Source of the DNA: Antechinus flavipes
Taxonomy: Eukaryota
Assembly: GCF_016432865.1 (NCBI RefSeq)
Contig: NC_067399.1
Span: 258,912,001 to 258,976,000, forward strand
DNA: 64,000 nucleotides
Direction: 5' to 3'
Position 1 is the stretch's first letter; each line of letters begins with the position of its first letter. The notes below the pieces were generated by a model that searched no databases, had not been told where the DNA came from, and worked only from the letters and a program-made list of their open reading frames with translations. Below are positions 59,487 to 64,000 of the stretch, piece after piece. The translations under genes and the position numbers were made by a program.

Positions 59487-60728
59487 CCAGCCAACCTGGG
59501 CTCAAAGACCTTGTGAGGGAGTGGGCTTGCTCACCACTTACCAATGATTTGCTCATCAAAGAAGTATCTACGGGAGACTGGAACATTACAACACCTTATC
59601 ACTGGACGGATCCTGAACTGAATGAACTGATAATTAGCTCTGAGAAATTCTGGGGGGATAATTCTTCTTGGAACTAATGGTCATCATTTGTAGAGCTTAA
59701 ACTCTGATTTGATCACAACTGTCTCAGCCAGCCCCCTTGATAAGTCAAGACTGAATGGGGGGAAGAAAGAACTGGATTACTGACAGAAGTAAGTTCACAA
59801 TCTGAATAATGTTTAGAAATAATTATTTACATTAGTGAAAAGAAGTGGGGGTGGGAGTGGAAAGGCAATGAATACCCTAAGATGGTGGGTTTGGAAGGGA
59901 CAGGTGTGGACAGTCTGGTGGAGAGAAAAGTGCTTTCTTGGGATAGGAAGTATAGAAACAGACCAGTCAGGTTGCTGGGGGGAGGGACAGAAATGTCCTC
60001 TGTTCCTCTCTTTGTCTGGAGCTCTCCGATAAGGGCCATGCTGCTGGTGTTCCCTGAAGGTCAGATAGGCTTGGGCTTGAAGGTGAGGAAATAGAAACTG
60101 CTCCTACCCAAATAGGGTGGAATCTCGGGCCTCATACTGCTAGGAGGGAGAACTCTGGAGGAGAGCTGCTCTCCAAACATATGGACACATCTCCTCTGGC
60201 AGAGGTATGGGCAGCTATGGTGAACACAGAATTTATCCGGGTGTGAAAATGTCAGGGGATACAAATTCCAAAGTGACCCCTTCTGCAGCCACCTAATTCT
60301 CCTGGAACTTGCCTCCCACACATATATACACTCCAGGCCACAAAAGAGAACCCATAAAAAAGAACAGCCCACAAGTTTTGGGGACAGAGACACAGCAATG
60401 CTGGACGGGAGAGAGCAGCAGTCCAGTGTACAGAATGGAGCTGAGAATCTAGCTCTCATCAAACTACATCTTAAGAACTATATCCAGATAGTAAAAAGCT
60501 GGAGTGTGTCCAGAAGACTGACCAGATATATGAGAGGCCTGTAGACTATGTCACATGAGAATTGGTTGAAAGAATTACGTATCATCCATTGGGAAATGGT
60601 CCATCTAGTGAAGATACATGAATGTAATATAATAAATCACTATGCTGTAAAAAATGATGAATGCAAAAAACATGGAAAGATTTGTCCAAACTAATGCAGA
60701 CAGAAATAAGAAGAGCCAAGAAAACAAG

Positions 60729-61239
60729 AGACAATTCTCAAACTTTTTGGTGTCAGGACCCTTCTATACTCTTATTATTGAGGGCCAAAGAACATTTGTT
60801 ATATGAGTGATATTTATTATGTCATAAAGTAGAATTGATAAATTTAAAAATATTTATTCGTTTAAAGTAACATGTAACAATGTTCAATGTTACATGTTAA
60901 CAAACTGGATATTTTCTATGAAAAAATAAGTATTCTACAAAACAAAAATTTAGTGAAAAGAGTGGTACTGTCAAACATTTTTGCAGATCCCTCTTAATGA
61001 TTGCCTTAAAAGACAACTGGATTTTCATATTTGCATCTACCTTCAATCTGTGGTGATATTGATTTAATTGAAATATTTGAAGAAAATCCAGTCTCATACA
61101 TAGATATAGTTGCAATAGGGAGGAATATTTAAATAGGCAAATATCTTAATATTATGAAAATAGTTTTGATGGTGCAGATCCCCTGAAAGAGTCTCAGGGA
61201 CCCAAAGAGGCCTGTGGACCAATTCTTTGAGAACTGCTA
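60729..61239. mobile_element. Charlie1-like non-autonomous hAT DNA transposon
   Basis: Degenerate TIRs (..ttctcaaa / tttgagaactgct); ends match recalled Charlie1 termini (ctcaaactttttggtgtcaggaccc; attatgaaaatagttttga...cccctgaaagagtctcagggaccc...gtggacca). Confidence 0.8.
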
Positions 61240-62719
61240 ATATATACGACTACAACAATGTAAATGGAAAGAACAACCACAAACAATCAAGTATTACAAC
61301 ATTACAAAGAACATGCTTGTTTCCCCCAAAAAAAAAAAAAAATATCGAGGACATCTTTACTCCATTTGTTTGCAGAAGTGGGCTGTCCAAAGGTGTGGTA
61401 CACTTACATATATTTTGTACTTTCTAGATGTATTAGTCAGTTTTGATTTTTTTCACTTATTTTCTTTTAAAAACTGTATTTTATTGCACGGGACTGCCCC
61501 CTGGAAGAAGGAAAGGAGAATTCCTGGGAGAATTTCTGGTGATTATAAAAGACATTAATAAAATTATTTTTAAAATAAAAATATTAGCGCTAAAAAAGCC
61601 TTCATTAATATCATTTAGATCAACCCCTTCATTTTTCAAAGGAGAAAGCTGAAGCCTAGAGAAATTAACCATTTCTAATTTCATTATTGCTGTCTTGGAA
61701 TGTCATTAGGAAGTGTTTAGACTTCTGCCCAGAAATTAAAGCTAGATCTAATGACTAAATATTTTAGGGAGGCAGTTTTCAAATTATAAGAATTTTCTAA
61801 AAACCAAAGCTGTCAAGAATAGACAACCTTAGAAGTCAGTGAGTTCTTTCTCCATAAGGAAGCATTCCAGCTGATATAACACCCCCATCCCCAAGAAGAT
61901 ATAGAAAGGAAAGGAAGACTCAGTTGTCTCCAAAGTAACTTCCTACAGTAAAATTCTACAGTTTCTGGCTGCACCTAAACTTCTTCTGCCAGAACAGATG
62001 CTCTGATTTTCACTTGAGAGGGTGCAAGATTCAACCAACTGTTTTAACATGCTGACATTAGCATCAGGAGAGAATGTATTAGGTGGGTACAGTGCCTGGT
62101 GTATGAAAACTAGGCCTGGATGCACAGAATTTCCAAAGCAGTCACGGTCCGGCTCTCTGTGGATCACATTGCTGCTTTGTTCTCATGTGATCCTGTCCCA
62201 TCTCCCACCCTTACAAGCCCAAAGACTTGTGTTTCCCTTTCATCTGGACTGAGTTCCTGTCCCTAAAAGATAGCCTTTGGATAAAAGGAGCCCCACTCTG
62301 GGATGTCTAAGTGAAGAGGTGATTGGATTAAAGGTGAAGACAGTCAAAGAGGTTGGGATTAATTAGCTAATCAGTTGGTTGGTAATCCCCTGGGTGTTCC
62401 TCTCCCTCGGTACTGTGGGTTCTCACTAGCCTTAGAATTGGTTTAGTCCACTCACCACCCTTAAACTCCAGCCATCAGAATTGTACTGACACCTCCACCC
62501 CACCCTCCCACCTTCTCCCAAGTTCAGGCACTGACAAGATTGGAATTTTTCAAAAGGAGTCTTTACTAGGAAACTCTGGGGCAGAAGGAAAGAAACACAA
62601 TAGCAGAGAAGCAGATGAATTTGCAGAGCACGCATTCCTGATCAGAGCAAATACTGAGCCCCAGAGCAGCTTATATGGAATAAGTTACAGATCATCTGCT
62701 TCCGGGGGGACAGCAAAGG

Positions 62720-62907
62720 GTGGTGGAAGAAGCGCTAGACTTAGAATTCAATGATTGGGGTTCAAGTCCCTTGGGCAAAAGTCATGTCACCTCTGAGCCT
62801 GTTTCCTCATCTGTAAAATGGGGATAATACTTGCATTGCCTACCTCACAAGGTTCCTGTGAGGAAAACGCTTTGTAAACGGTAAAGTGCTATAGAAATAT
62901 GAACTGT
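62720..62907 (+). mobile_element. MIR remnant
   Basis: gagcctgtttcctcatctgtaaaatggggataatac...cctacctcacaagg...gtgagga. Confidence 0.8.
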
Positions 62908-63512
62908 CCTTAGTAGTAGTTATTGTCCTTATTCTTGCCCCTGACACTGAGCTGAACCCAAATAAAAAGGTTTACCATACGTGACCCAGGGGGAAGGAGA
63001 TCGGTAGATCCCTGGGTTCAAGCACAGCAGTGGTAGAGGCCCAGAGTTCCAAGAGGGGTCACCCACACAGGAGAGAGGTGGGTGCCTGTAGTCCCTTCTT
63101 GCTGGGGAATCCTTGGCTGATGGAACCAGCCCAGACGTATAAAAGAACTGAGAGGCCTCTAGATCTGGTTGTCCATGTTTCCCAGGCTCACACACAAGGC
63201 CCAACATAACGAAGCACACAAATGGAGCCTAGTTGCATGCTGACATGAGACTCCAGGGACCGTGTCTTCATTGCTGGAAGGGAGAACCTGCGACCCAACT
63301 CTGGGTAGAAGGGTTCCTGGGGAAGATGCAGACCTGTTAGATTGAAAGGGCTCTGGGCTGGATTTCATAGGCCTCTCTCCCATGACTACTCTGCTATAAG
63401 GAAGGAGAGAATGGGGAGACTCGGACTGAGGCTTATGTCCACCTGGGGAGGAAGGTTGTGCTGTTGAAGATGATTCCAGTTAGCAATTGAAATGGCAACT
63501 TTGGCAAAGGGT

Positions 63513-63518
63513 TTTAAT
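63513..63518 (-). terminator. Candidate RNF208 poly(A) signal (ATTAAA)
   Basis: ATTAAA on minus ~320 nt after the RNF208 stop. Confidence 0.4.
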
Positions 63519-63834
63519 GGCAAAACTGGCTGCAGAGACCCCTTTTTGAAGGAGGAATAGGAAGCAGCAGGGCAGGGGCAGAAAAGGCTTCTTCTTAGGG
63601 GCTAGCATGGCTCCACTTCTAGGAGAAGCAGCTTCAGAGGGTAAGCAAACACCCAGGGAGGTCGAAGGAAAGTAAGGATCCCAGAACATATGGAGACAGG
63701 GAACATCTAGGTAGCAGTCCTTTTCTGCTAAGTCCTTTGGGATGTTCCAAAAGTCTGACACTGGAAGAACCAAGGGGAGCAGAAGTCCTAGCATGGGGGA
63801 TGAGAAGATAGCAGGTATCGGAGGGTGGGGAGCA

Positions 63835-63999
63835 CTACATGATAGCGCAGGAGGACAGCGGGTTCCGCACGTGGCAGGTACAGGCAGCCCCACAGTACTG
63901 GCGGAAGGTCTGGTAGCAACTGCCCTCAGCCTCACCACCCCACTGGCCAGGTGGGGCAGTCAGTGCCTCTGGTGGCAGGCGACTCAAGATGGATGTATT
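63835..63999 (-). CDS. RNF208: RNF208 C-terminal 54 codons plus stop (5' part beyond window); missed by the ORF track
   Basis: Hand translation NTSILSRLPPEALTAPPGQWGGEAEGSCYQTFRQYCGAACTCHVRNPLSSCAIM-TAG matches the recalled human RNF208 C-terminus including the CaaX-type end; syntenic position. Confidence 0.95.
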   Translation of the reverse strand, partial: NTSILSRLPPEALTAPPGQWGGEAEGSCYQTFRQYCGAACTCHVRNPLSSCAIM

Positions 64000-64000
64000 G

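Noticed and set aside
63480-63938. 152-aa minus-strand ORF from the track
   Set aside because: Wrong frame; the real coding frame is RNF208 ending at TAG 63835-63837.

Overview
Mammalian genomic DNA, almost certainly marsupial and probably dasyurid, judging from MAR1- and WSINE1-type SINEs and the L1 3' ends. It is syntenic with the human 9q34.3 block. Gene order: ANAPC2 (-, exons 1-2 only; the rest lies left of the window), SSNA1 (+, 3 exons, 118 aa), TPRN/taperin (-, 4 exons, 863 aa, 27.4-kb intron 1), TMEM203 (-, 136 aa), NDOR1 (+, 14 coding exons, 597 aa), an unnamed RING-HC protein with a C-terminal membrane anchor (+, 232 aa), and the last 54 codons of RNF208 (-). Two head-to-head CpG-island promoters are present (ANAPC2/SSNA1 and TMEM203/NDOR1). 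Introns are rich in MIR, MAR1, L2, L1 and hAT remnants. All splice junctions were read by hand, and the phases sum to intact frames. Best leads: (1) a mitochondrial 16S rRNA fragment nested in sense orientation inside a TSD-flanked L1 remnant; (2) a neighbouring TSD-flanked L1 remnant carrying a foreign insert that includes a perfect 48-bp inverted copy of DNA 650 bp away; (3) a spliced, strong-Kozak 29-aa uORF ahead of TMEM203, whose CCATGG may also be a plus-strand start for NDOR1; (4) the unnamed RING-TM ligase; (5) a CCAAT/HNF4-like/TATA module inside TPRN intron 1; (6) a stepwise hexamer array in the ANAPC2 leader with in-frame CUGs. Family assignments come from recalled consensus and orthologue sequences, not database searches, and repeat boundaries are approximate.
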